The position numbers and the translations under genes are program-made. The notes under the pieces were generated by a model. That model had not been told where the DNA came from. It saw nothing but the letters and a program-made list of their open reading frames with translations, and ran no database searches. Shown here piece by piece: positions 51,310 through 59,952 of a DNA stretch of 64,000 bases. Source of the DNA: an uncultured Candidatus Rokubacteria bacterium (GTDB taxonomy: Bacteria > Methylomirabilota > Methylomirabilia > Rokubacteriales > CSP1-6); NCBI GenBank assembly GCA_963754315.1, contig CAVWFS010000010.1:32001-96000 (forward strand), in the 5' to 3' direction. Every line of letters starts with the position of its first letter. Position 1 is the stretch's first letter.

Positions 51310-52572
51310 TCACGGGCAGTTTGGGACGTCGCGCGAGCCGAGGCCGACCTTGTCGAAATCGGCCTTGCTCATGCCCAGAAGCTGGTTGACGTTCGGCACC
51401 ACCCTGACCACCTTGTTGTAGAACGTCCCGTCGGCCCCCTTGGCCACCTCGGTGACAAACGTGGTCCCGATCGCCTGGCGGTTCTCGTCGAGGGTAACCA
51501 CGCCGGTCGGTGTCTGGAGCTTCAGGGTCTTGAGGGCCTCTCGGTACTTGGCCTGACCCCCCGAGAGGTCTCCCTTGACCGCCTCGAGCCCATCCAGCGC
51601 CGCCTTCATGTTGATGTAGTAGACGAAGGCGAACAGGGACGGGCTGGGAAAGCCGTCCTTGAAGTTTGCCTTGTAGTCGGCCACGAACTTCTTCCAGTCG
51701 GCGCCGTCGTAGCTGTCGGCGATGGGACCCGCCGACGGCGTCCCGAGCAGCGACTCGCGGCGCTTGCCCTTGAAGTTGAGCACGGTCTGGTCGACGGTGA
51801 TGGAGCCGCCCACCATCGGCTTGGCGCCGCCCGCCTGCTCATACTGGGTGAGGAAATTCACGGCGTCGGCGCCACCCAGGACGACCAGGAGCGCGTCCAC
51901 GTCCTGCGGCAGCTTGGCGATGACCGACGAATAGTCCTTGGCGCCCAGCGGCACCCAGGCTTTGTGCGTGACGCGCCCTCCGGCCTTGCAGTACTCCATC
52001 ATGAAGCCCTGTACCTGCGAGTACGGGAACGCATAGTCCTCGGCGATGAGGGCCATCTTCTTGTAGCCCTTGTCCTTGAACGCGAAGTCGCCAAGACCCA
52101 CCATCCACTGCGCCCCCTCGGTGTTGAAGCGGAAGAAGTTGGGCGAGGGATCGACCAGGGTTGTGGCCTGGGCGCCCGAGGAGCCATTGATGAACGTGAT
52201 GTTGGGCTGCGACTTCGAGTAGTTCTTGACGGCGATGCCCTCGGAGCCAGAGAGGGGGCCGACCATGATGTCGACCTTGTCCTGCTCGACCAGCTTGCGC
52301 GTGGCGTTGACCGCGACGTCGGGCTTGGCGTCGGACGACGCCTTGATGACCTCGATCTTCTTGCCCGCCACCATGCCGCCGCGCTGCTTCACGGCCAGTT
52401 CGGCGCCGCGCATCCCGTCCTGGCCGCCCGCCGCGAACGGCCCCTCCAGGGTGGCCAGGAGGCCGATCTTGACGACTTGCTGCGCGTTTGCGCTTCCGAC
52501 GACGGCGAACAGCACCGCCGCCACCACAGCCACCACGGCCCGGATACACCACTGACTGAAGAGTGACGTCAT
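51310..52572 (-). CDS. Branched-chain amino acid (LivJ/K-type) ABC substrate-binding protein
   Basis: Signal peptide, VKIGLL, LVEQDKVD..VGPLSGS and PNFFRF, with an AAGGAGG RBS. Confidence 0.9.
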   Translation of the reverse strand: MTSLFSQWCIRAVVAVVAAVLFAVVGSANAQQVVKIGLLATLEGPFAAGGQDGMRGAELAVKQRGGMVAGKKIEVIKASSDAKPDVAVNATRKLVEQDKVDIMVGPLSGSEGIAVKNYSKSQPNITFINGSSGAQATTLVDPSPNFFRFNTEGAQWMVGLGDFAFKDKGYKKMALIAEDYAFPYSQVQGFMMEYCKAGGRVTHKAWVPLGAKDYSSVIAKLPQDVDALLVVLGGADAVNFLTQYEQAGGAKPMVGGSITVDQTVLNFKGKRRESLLGTPSAGPIADSYDGADWKKFVADYKANFKDGFPSPSLFAFVYYINMKAALDGLEAVKGDLSGGQAKYREALKTLKLQTPTGVVTLDENRQAIGTTFVTEVAKGADGTFYNKVVRVVPNVNQLLGMSKADFDKVGLGSRDVPNCP

Positions 52573-52743
52573 CGTCTCCTCCTTGATGTTTGGGGGCCTG
52601 GCCCCCGCCAAATCGCCCGCTCACCAGGGTGCCGCAGAGTCACGAGGCCCCTGGGTCGCGCGGGTGCCACACTGCCCACACCGTCGTTCACGCCGAAGAC
52701 CCGTGGCGGTCTTGCCATTGAGGGCCGTTGGCTCGATCGGTCG

Positions 52744-52764
52744 ATGTAATACGCTGTATGACAT
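52744..52764 (+). promoter_or_regulatory. Operator-like inverted repeat ATGTAATAC-gct-GTATGACAT overlapping the antitoxin start
   Basis: 9-bp arms with one mismatch. There is no SD, consistent with a leaderless transcript. Confidence 0.55.
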
Positions 52765-52981
52765 GAGATCTGTGGTGACCATCCGGCTGGATGCAGACCT
52801 GGACAAGCTACTCGACCAGCTTTGCAAGCAGACCGGCCAGACCCGAAGTGAACTTGTGCGTGATGCGCTGCGGCGACAGCTGACCCTGCGGAGATTCGAA
52901 CGCCTCCGGCGTCGAGCGCTGCCGTTTGCCGAGGCGCGCGGGTACCTGACGGACGAGGACGTCGCGCGCGACGTCTCTTGA
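52763..52981 (+). CDS. CopG/RHH antitoxin
   Basis: VVTIRLDADLDKLLD..TRSELVRDALRRQL..GYLTDEDV. Confidence 0.88.
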   Translation: MRSVVTIRLDADLDKLLDQLCKQTGQTRSELVRDALRRQLTLRRFERLRRRALPFAEARGYLTDEDVARDVS

Positions 52982-53382
52982 GGGTGTTCCTTGACACGAA
53001 CGTCTTGGTCAGCGCCTTCGCGACGCGTGGGCTGTGCGCAGATGTGCTACGCGTCGTCCTCGGCGAGCACCCCCTCGTCACGAGCGAAGTCGTGCTGCGA
53101 GAACTCGGGCGGGTCCTGCAGAGGCGGATCGGCCTCCCACCGCGGACGGTCAAGGAGATCGTGGAGTTCCTCCGAGAGCACGAGGTGGCCCCTCGACCCG
53201 CGAGGCGAGCCGCGATTCCTCGACGCGATCCCGATGACCAATGGGTACTGGCCTCCGCGATCGAGAGCCGGGCAGATGTGCTGGTGACTGGTGATCGAGA
53301 CCTGCTGGATGTCGCGAGGTCAGTGGGCATCAAGATCGTCGACCCCCGCGGATTTTGGGAGTTCGTCCGCAAGAACGGGTAG
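52978..53382 (+). CDS. PIN-domain toxin
   Basis: RVFLDTNVLVSA, RDPDDQWVLASA..ADVLVTGDRDLL, with a TTGA overlap. Confidence 0.9.
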   Translation: MRVFLDTNVLVSAFATRGLCADVLRVVLGEHPLVTSEVVLRELGRVLQRRIGLPPRTVKEIVEFLREHEVAPRPARRAAIPRRDPDDQWVLASAIESRADVLVTGDRDLLDVARSVGIKIVDPRGFWEFVRKNG

Positions 53383-53412
53383 GACCTCGCCCGGCCGTTC
53401 AACGCGGCTGTC

Positions 53413-54621
53413 TCACGCGATTCCTCGGCCGCGTGGTGTCGCCGGCTCGGACAGGCGCGATTGGGCCGAGCGGGCGGTGAGGTAGGCGCGGCCGCGCGCC
53501 CACCAGCCGAGGAGGCCGTCGGGCGAGAAGAGGACGATCAGCAGAAACACCCCGCCAATGAGCAGATTGAAGCGCTCACGATCGACGAGATCGACCGCGA
53601 AATTCTGCATCAGCACGAAGACCAGGGCGCCGAGGAAGGGCCCGATGGGATGCCGCAGGCCGCCCAGCACCGCGATGATGAGGATGTTGATCAGCCAGCT
53701 GACGCCGACGGAGCCGGGCGAGACCAGGCCGTTGTACCAGACCAGGAGCACGCCGCCGACCGCTGCGATCATGCCTGCGACCGCGTAGGCGGCGACGCGG
53801 TGCGCGGTGACGTCGAAACCGAGCGCGCTCATGCGGCGGGGGTTGTCGCGGATGCCCTGCAGGGCCACGCCGAACGGCGCGCGCAGAAGATAGGCGACGA
53901 AGATATACCCGGCCAGCGACCAGAACGCCGCGAGGTAGTAGAAGGTGATGGGAGCGCGCAGATCGGCACCCAGTATCGCCGGGGTGCGCACGCTCTGGAA
54001 ACCCTGAAACCCGTTGAAGAGTGAGTAGTTCTGCTGCGCGAGGTAGTAAAAGGCCACACCGATGGCCAAGGTGATCATGATCGTGTAGATGCCCTCGGTG
54101 CGCACCGAGAACCAGCCGATCAACGTGGCACACGCGGTGGCGATCGCCAGCGCGAGGATCACTGCCAGCCACCACGGCCACCCCAGGCTGATGTCGGTGC
54201 CGCTGGTGGCGAAGATCGCGAACATGTAGCTGGCGATCCCGGCCACCGTCATTTGCGCGAGCGAGACCATGCCACCGTAGCCGGCCAGGAAGGTCAGGGA
54301 CAGCGCGATGAGCCCGAGCACCAATGACTGGGCGCCGATCTGGAACGTGAAGAACGGCGTGGCCAGCCAGGGATAGATCAGTATCCCGAACAAGACCAAC
54401 ACGTGGGGCACTCGCACCCGCCCCGGGACCCACGACCATCGGCGCGCCGCGCCGCGTTGGGCTTGCCGTCGGGCCTCCTCGCGCGTCGGCCCCGTGTGCC
54501 CGTTCGCATCGACGCCTCCCGTTGAAGGCCATGCGGGGCCGGGAGCGCCGCGCGCGGTTTGCCGCCAAGCGCGGCGGCCGGCGCCCGCGTTCATGGCCCG
54601 ACGCCAGTCGGCGGCACTCAC
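53413..54621 (-). CDS. LivM-type ABC permease
   Basis: GYGGMVSLAQ, GIYTIMITLA, PFGVALQGIRDN and AVLGGL..GPFLG. Confidence 0.9.
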   Translation of the reverse strand: MSAADWRRAMNAGAGRRAWRQTARGAPGPAWPSTGGVDANGHTGPTREEARRQAQRGAARRWSWVPGRVRVPHVLVLFGILIYPWLATPFFTFQIGAQSLVLGLIALSLTFLAGYGGMVSLAQMTVAGIASYMFAIFATSGTDISLGWPWWLAVILALAIATACATLIGWFSVRTEGIYTIMITLAIGVAFYYLAQQNYSLFNGFQGFQSVRTPAILGADLRAPITFYYLAAFWSLAGYIFVAYLLRAPFGVALQGIRDNPRRMSALGFDVTAHRVAAYAVAGMIAAVGGVLLVWYNGLVSPGSVGVSWLINILIIAVLGGLRHPIGPFLGALVFVLMQNFAVDLVDRERFNLLIGGVFLLIVLFSPDGLLGWWARGRAYLTARSAQSRLSEPATPRGRGIA

Positions 54622-55562
54622 GCGCGCCTGCCCAGAATCCCTTGCGGTCGGAAGGCGAGGACGAGAGCCATGATCACGAACGTGAAGACCACGCTATAGG
54701 TCGGCGCGTAGGCGAGGCCGAACTGTTCGGCCACCCCGATCATGATGGCGCCGACGGCCGCTCCCACGACGCTGCCCATGCCCCCCACGATCACGACCAC
54801 GAGCGAGGCGAGCTGGTAGCGAGTGTCCTCACCCGGAGCGATGGAGAGGGCGGTGCCGCCCACGACGCCGGCAAACCCGGCCAGCCCGGCGCCGATGGCG
54901 AAGGTGATGGCGAACACGAACTGCACGTTGACCCCCGAGGCGGCGAGCATGGCCCGGTCGTCCACCCCGGCCCGGATCATCATGCCGACCCGGGTGCGAT
55001 TGAGAAACCACCACAGGAGGATGCCGATGGCGGCCGACATCGCGAGCAGCATCAGCCGGTACGTGGGGTAGATCTCCACCAGAGGCAGGGAGGTGCGACC
55101 GTAGATCCAGCGTGGTGGATCGAACTGGTAGATCTCGCCGCCGAAGATCCACAGCAGGATGTCGGCGAGCATGATGGAGAGCGCGATGGTCACCATGGTC
55201 TGGCGCATGTCCTCGCCGTGCATGAACCGGAACACGGCCACCTGGAGCACCAGCCCGAAGAGGGCAGCGCTCGCGAACCCCGCCGCCGCCGCCAGCAGCC
55301 ATGAGCCGCTCCGGTCACCGACCACGTAACCGATGTAGGCCCCGAACAGATAGAGCGAGCCGTGGGCGAGATTGACGTTACGCATGAGGCCGAACACCAA
55401 GGTGAAGCCGCTCGCCACGAGGAAGTAAAGCGCGGCCAGGGTCAGCCCGTTGAGGGCGGTGGTGAAGAACAGCTTAGCGTTGTCGGCGAGCGCCCACGCG
55501 GCCAGGAGCGCCACCGAGACGCCGAGCACACCACCCCAGAACCACTGCCACCCGCGTGACAC
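54618..55562 (-). CDS. LivH-type ABC permease
   Basis: ASGFTLVFGLMRNVNLAHG, GMMIRA, VIVGGMGS and RPQGILG. Confidence 0.92.
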   Translation of the reverse strand: MSRGWQWFWGGVLGVSVALLAAWALADNAKLFFTTALNGLTLAALYFLVASGFTLVFGLMRNVNLAHGSLYLFGAYIGYVVGDRSGSWLLAAAAGFASAALFGLVLQVAVFRFMHGEDMRQTMVTIALSIMLADILLWIFGGEIYQFDPPRWIYGRTSLPLVEIYPTYRLMLLAMSAAIGILLWWFLNRTRVGMMIRAGVDDRAMLAASGVNVQFVFAITFAIGAGLAGFAGVVGGTALSIAPGEDTRYQLASLVVVIVGGMGSVVGAAVGAIMIGVAEQFGLAYAPTYSVVFTFVIMALVLAFRPQGILGRRA

Positions 55563-55569
55563 GCGCGTC

Positions 55570-56859
55570 CTACGCCACCGACCGGCCGATGCGCGTCTGC
55601 GCCGAGCGGATCTGCGGTTCCTTGTAGAACACGCCGTCCTTCATGACCGCGAGCAGCCGAGCCTGGTCGCGCAGGATGGCCAGGTTCCCGAGCGGATCGC
55701 CGTCCACCAGCAGGAGGTCGGCCAGGTACCCTTCTTTCAGCTGCCCCAGTTCGCTTCCGAGCATCATGATCTCGCCGCCGTGGCGGGTAGCGGAGAGCAG
55801 CGCCTCCATCGGCGTCATGCCCAGGTATTTGACGAAATACTCGAGGTCACGCGCGTTGTCGCAGTGCGGGGTGAAGGCGAAGCCGTAGTCCCCGCCCGGC
55901 AACACGCGCACGCCGCGCTTGTGCATCTTTTTCAGTGACTCGACCGCTGCCGCCAGCTCGACCTCATAGCCCATCTCGATGGCTTTCTGACGGGTGATGC
56001 CCCAGGGCGCGGCGTGCTCGAGCATGGCCACCAGGATGCCGATGCCCGGTGCCACGAAGAGCCGATCGCGATGGGCCTCGAGCAGGTCGAGCGCCTCGTC
56101 GTCGGTGAAGCTCGCATGGTAGATGATCTGAATACCGTGGCGTACAGCCTGCTTGATCGACGCGCAGGAGCGCGCGTGCGCCGCCACGCGCTTGCCCCGC
56201 ATCGTCGTTTCCTTCACCGCCACCGCCACCTCCTCGTCACTCATCCAGGTGGTGCCGGCCGGCGCCGATGGCATGAAGTTGTCGCCCGACAGATTGAGCT
56301 TGATCGAGTCCACGCCGTATTTGAGGAACATGCGCACCGCGCGCCGCATCTCCTCGGGGCCGGTCACCGCCACCCCGAAACTGAACTCGGGAAAGGGCAA
56401 GTGGGGCAAGGTCTCGTCGCCGAGTCCGCCGACCACCGTGATCTCCTGGCTGGCGGCCAGATAGCGGGGGCCAGGAATGAGTCCCTCGTTGATGGCATTA
56501 CGAGTCACCACGTCGAGCCGGGGCTTGGCGCAGGCGGCCCCCACGCACGAGGTCCAGCCCGCCAGCAGATAGCGCTTGGCGACGCTGGCCGACCACAGCA
56601 CGTGCTCCTCGAGGGGGAGCCGCTGGAGGTCGGAGAGGCCGGCCGCGTCGTTCCAGGAAAAATGCGTGTGCGCTTCGACCATGCCAGGCATCAAGGTGGC
56701 TCCGGAGCCGTCGATGACAGGCAGGCCGGCGGCCGGAAGCACGCGGACGCCGCGGGCCACCCGCGCAATCCGATTGCCCTGCACGAGGAGCTCGCCGGCG
56801 TAGGGCTCGGCGCCGGTCCCGTCGATGATGCGCACATTTGTGAAGAGCACATTGCTCAT
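55570..56859 (-). CDS. Amidohydrolase family protein (copy 2)
   Basis: TLMPGMVEAHTH, IKL, AAHAR, IYHASF, PGGDYGF and ADLLLVDGDPL. Confidence 0.9.
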   Translation of the reverse strand: MSNVLFTNVRIIDGTGAEPYAGELLVQGNRIARVARGVRVLPAAGLPVIDGSGATLMPGMVEAHTHFSWNDAAGLSDLQRLPLEEHVLWSASVAKRYLLAGWTSCVGAACAKPRLDVVTRNAINEGLIPGPRYLAASQEITVVGGLGDETLPHLPFPEFSFGVAVTGPEEMRRAVRMFLKYGVDSIKLNLSGDNFMPSAPAGTTWMSDEEVAVAVKETTMRGKRVAAHARSCASIKQAVRHGIQIIYHASFTDDEALDLLEAHRDRLFVAPGIGILVAMLEHAAPWGITRQKAIEMGYEVELAAAVESLKKMHKRGVRVLPGGDYGFAFTPHCDNARDLEYFVKYLGMTPMEALLSATRHGGEIMMLGSELGQLKEGYLADLLLVDGDPLGNLAILRDQARLLAVMKDGVFYKEPQIRSAQTRIGRSVA

Positions 56860-56871
56860 AGGTGTCGTTCC

Positions 56872-57657
56872 TTACATGCGCTGCGTGTAGAAACGTCGCA
56901 GCAGCGCGTCGCATTCGTCGGGCTTTTCGAGCATGGTCCAGTGTCCGCAGCGCGACAGCACCTCGACCCGGGCCCCGGGGATGCGTTCGCCGATCTGGCG
57001 CACTGACTGTGCCGGGGCGATCGCGTCCTCGTCACCGGTGACGAGCAGGGTCGGACACGCGATGGTCGCCACGTCGGTGGCGCGGGCATCAGCCAGCGCG
57101 TCGCAGGTGCGCGCGTAGCCCTCCGGACACTGGCGCATCAGCAGCTCGCGGACGGCGGCCACCGCCACCGGGCGCCGCGTCCTCGTCTCGGTGGAGATCG
57201 ACGCCTGGAGCAGGGCGTCGGCGAGGACCTGCATTCCGGCCTCGCCGTCACGGCGGGCTTGCTCCCCTCGCCCGCGCAGTCCGGCGCGGGCCGCATCGGG
57301 TGGGCAGAGCAGCGGCCCGAACAGGACGAGACTCCGGACCAGTCGGGGCGCCGTCGTCGCCAGGTGGAAGGCCACGATGGTGCCCAGTGAGTGCGCGACC
57401 ACGTGCACACGCTCCAGCTGCAGGGCCGCGCACACGTGGAGCATGGCCTGCACCAAGCGCTCGATCGACAGCGGTCCCTCCACGCGATGCGAACGCCCCG
57501 AGCCGGGCAAGTCGGGTCGCACGGTCCGGTGACGAATCAGCGCTGGCCGCATCGGGGTCCAGACGTTGGAGGTGCCACCCAGGCCATGGATCATCAGCAC
57601 GGGCTCGCCGTCGCCGTCGGTCTCGACTGCCATGCGCTCGACGAACTGGGTGGCCAT
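56872..57657 (-). CDS. Alpha/beta-fold hydrolase
   Basis: IHGLGG, DLPGSGRS, AHSLG nucleophile, GDED and GHW. Confidence 0.9.
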   Translation of the reverse strand: MATQFVERMAVETDGDGEPVLMIHGLGGTSNVWTPMRPALIRHRTVRPDLPGSGRSHRVEGPLSIERLVQAMLHVCAALQLERVHVVAHSLGTIVAFHLATTAPRLVRSLVLFGPLLCPPDAARAGLRGRGEQARRDGEAGMQVLADALLQASISTETRTRRPVAVAAVRELLMRQCPEGYARTCDALADARATDVATIACPTLLVTGDEDAIAPAQSVRQIGERIPGARVEVLSRCGHWTMLEKPDECDALLRRFYTQRM

Positions 57658-57675
57658 CTGTCGTTCTGGGTGTGC

Positions 57676-58959
57676 TCAAGCAGCCGGAAGGCGGAGGCGA
57701 CGCGCCGACGCGGAGCGGGGGTCCTTGTGAAATTCCCCGTTTTTCATGACGGCCAGGAGCCGCTTCTCGTCTTGGAGGAGTGCGATATGCGCCAGCGGAT
57801 CGCCGTCCACGAGCAGGAGATCGGCCAGATACCCCTCCTTGACCTGACCGAGCTCGCCGCCTCTCAGCATGATCTGGCCGCCCAGCCGTGTCGCCGAGAG
57901 CAGCGCCTCCATGGGGGTGAATCCCAGGTATTTCACGAAGTACTCGAGGTCCTTGGCGTTGGTACCGTGCTTGATCCAGGCGAAGCCGTAGTCGCCGCCC
58001 GGCAGCACGCGTATGCCCCGCGCGTGCATCGTCTTGAGCGTCTGGCAGGCCACCTCCAGCTCGCGGTGATAGCCCATCGCCTTCGCCGCCTCGGGGGAAA
58101 TGCCCCACTCGGCGGCGTGGTATGAGGTGTTGATGAGCCAGGCCAGGCCGGGGGCGACGAAGTGGCGGTCCTTGTGCGCTTCCAGCAGATCCAGAGCCTC
58201 CTGGTCTGCGAAGCTCGCGTGGTAGATGATCTCGATGCCGTGGCGCACGCACTGCTTCACCGCCTCCGCCGACCGCGCGTGGGCCGACACGCGCTTGCCC
58301 CGCACGGTCGCTTCCTTCACGGCCACCGCGATCTCCTCGTCCGTCATCGGCGTGAACTCCGCCGGGATGCCGGCGATGTACTCCCCGGACAGGTTGAGCT
58401 TCACGGTGTCCACGCCGTACTTCAGGAACAGGCGGACGGTCTTGCGCATCTCTTCAGGGCCGTTGACGATGGCGCCGAAGCTGAACTCGGGGTAGGGCAG
58501 ATGCGGCAAGGTCTCGTCGCCGAGACCGCCCGGCACTGTGATCTCCTGACTGGCCGCGAGATAGCGGGGGCCGGGGATCTGGCCCGATTCGATGGCGTTG
58601 CGAATGACCACGTCCAGGCGTGGCTTGGCGGTCGCCGCGCCCACACACGACGTCCACCCCATGTCGAGATACCGCTTGGCGATATGCGCGCACCACAGAA
58701 TGTGCTCCTCGGTGGGCATGCGCTGAATGGCGTTCAAGGTCGGTTGATCGTTCCAGGAGAAGTGGGTGTGGGCTTCGACCAGACCCGGCATGAGGGTGGC
58801 GCCGCCGCCGTCGATGGTCACCACGCCGCTCGTCGGCAGCGCGCGCGTACCCCGCACCACCCGTGCAATGCGGCTGCCCTGGATCAGGACTTCGCCGGGG
58901 TAGAGCTGGGCGCCGCTGCCGTCGAAGATCCGGACGTTCGTGAAGAGGACGTTGGCCAT
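57676..58959 (-). CDS. Amidohydrolase family protein (copy 1)
   Basis: Same metal ligands as copy 2, with a strong AAGGAGGAGG RBS. Confidence 0.9.
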   Translation of the reverse strand: MANVLFTNVRIFDGSGAQLYPGEVLIQGSRIARVVRGTRALPTSGVVTIDGGGATLMPGLVEAHTHFSWNDQPTLNAIQRMPTEEHILWCAHIAKRYLDMGWTSCVGAATAKPRLDVVIRNAIESGQIPGPRYLAASQEITVPGGLGDETLPHLPYPEFSFGAIVNGPEEMRKTVRLFLKYGVDTVKLNLSGEYIAGIPAEFTPMTDEEIAVAVKEATVRGKRVSAHARSAEAVKQCVRHGIEIIYHASFADQEALDLLEAHKDRHFVAPGLAWLINTSYHAAEWGISPEAAKAMGYHRELEVACQTLKTMHARGIRVLPGGDYGFAWIKHGTNAKDLEYFVKYLGFTPMEALLSATRLGGQIMLRGGELGQVKEGYLADLLLVDGDPLAHIALLQDEKRLLAVMKNGEFHKDPRSASARRLRLPAA

Positions 58960-59015
58960 ACCTCCTCCTTGAGGGCTCCCCGCCGGGCAGGGCACCGTTC
59001 CGGCAGCACCCCGAA

Positions 59016-59031
59016 TGAGACACGTGTCTCA
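59016..59031. promoter_or_regulatory. Perfect 16-bp palindrome TGAGACACGTGTCTCA, probable TetR operator
   Basis: Lies immediately downstream of the minus-strand promoter, next to a divergent tetR-family gene. Confidence 0.75.
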
Positions 59032-59043
59032 CGCGATTGTGCG

Positions 59044-59072
59044 AGACTAGGGGCCGTGTCGTCCTTTGTCAA
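59044..59072 (-). promoter_or_regulatory. Sigma70-type promoter TTGACA-N17-TAGTCT
   Basis: Minus strand: TTGACA (59072-59067), a 17-nt spacer, then TAGTCT (59049-59044). Confidence 0.72.
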
Positions 59073-59079
59073 GACGCTT

Positions 59080-59952
59080 GTGACCCGGCCACCGGCGGCC
59101 GGGCTGAGCCCGTTGCCCCCACCCCCGCGGGGAGCACGCCCCCGGACGTACCGTCGCCTGCTCGCGCAAGCGATGGTGCTCGTTCAGCGTGGCCGTATTC
59201 CATCGGTGCCAGAGGTGGCCGCAAAGGCGCACGTGTCCCGCGCGACCGCCTATCGGTATTTCCCGAGCCGCAGCGCGCTTGTGAGTGCCGTGGTCGCTGA
59301 GGCCCTGGCGCCCGTGCGACGCTTCGAACCGACACCGGCCGACGGCCTGGGCCGGGTGCGCGAGCTCTTCGACCGGACCTTTCCGTTGTTCCGTCAGTTC
59401 GAACCCCACATGCGCGCCGCGCTCCAGCTGGCCCTCGAGCACGAATCGCTCGAGCGTCTCGGCCGGCTGGAGGAGGAACCGTTCCGCCGTGGTCATCGTC
59501 GCTACATGCTGCACCGGGCGGCGGCGCCCCTGCGGGCCACCTTGGGACCACGAGCCTACGATCGCCTGTTGAAAGCCCTGTCCCTGGTGTACGGTATCGA
59601 GCCATACGTGGTGCTGCGCGACATCTGGGGAGCAAGTTATCGCGACGTCGAGACCGTCGCGCGCTGGATACTCGACGCGCTGATCGAGTCGGCACTGCGG
59701 CAGAGCGGCGGCGCGCGGGATCAGCGAGGGCGTCGGCGAGTCGAAGCAAAGCAGCATGTCCCACACGGCCGGAGCGGTCATTGTCAGAAGCGGGTAGTTG
59801 AAGTTAGAGCGGGCGCCTTGTCATCGGTCGCTAGGAGGGCATCATGGGACTTCTCGACGATTTGCTCGGCGGCATGCTCGGTGGGTCAATGGGCCAGGGG
59901 AGAGCCGCGCCGGTTCCGCCGCGCGGGTCGCCCCCTTCTGGGGGCGGGATGA
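59080..59952 (+). CDS. TetR/AcrR-family regulator (start uncertain; C-terminal tail probably spurious read-through)
   Basis: PSVPEVAAKAHVSRATAYRYFPSRSAL HTH and LSLVYGIE..VVLRDIWG. The tail overlaps the next gene. Confidence 0.82.
   Translation: MTRPPAAGLSPLPPPPRGARPRTYRRLLAQAMVLVQRGRIPSVPEVAAKAHVSRATAYRYFPSRSALVSAVVAEALAPVRRFEPTPADGLGRVRELFDRTFPLFRQFEPHMRAALQLALEHESLERLGRLEEEPFRRGHRRYMLHRAAAPLRATLGPRAYDRLLKALSLVYGIEPYVVLRDIWGASYRDVETVARWILDALIESALRQSGGARDQRGRRRVEAKQHVPHGRSGHCQKRVVEVRAGALSSVARRASWDFSTICSAACSVGQWARGEPRRFRRAGRPLLGAG

Noticed and set aside
59710..59952. Novel C-terminal extension on TetR overlapping the YidB gene
   Set aside because: It has non-protein-like composition and overlaps a gene with its own RBS, so it is most likely a missed stop from an indel.
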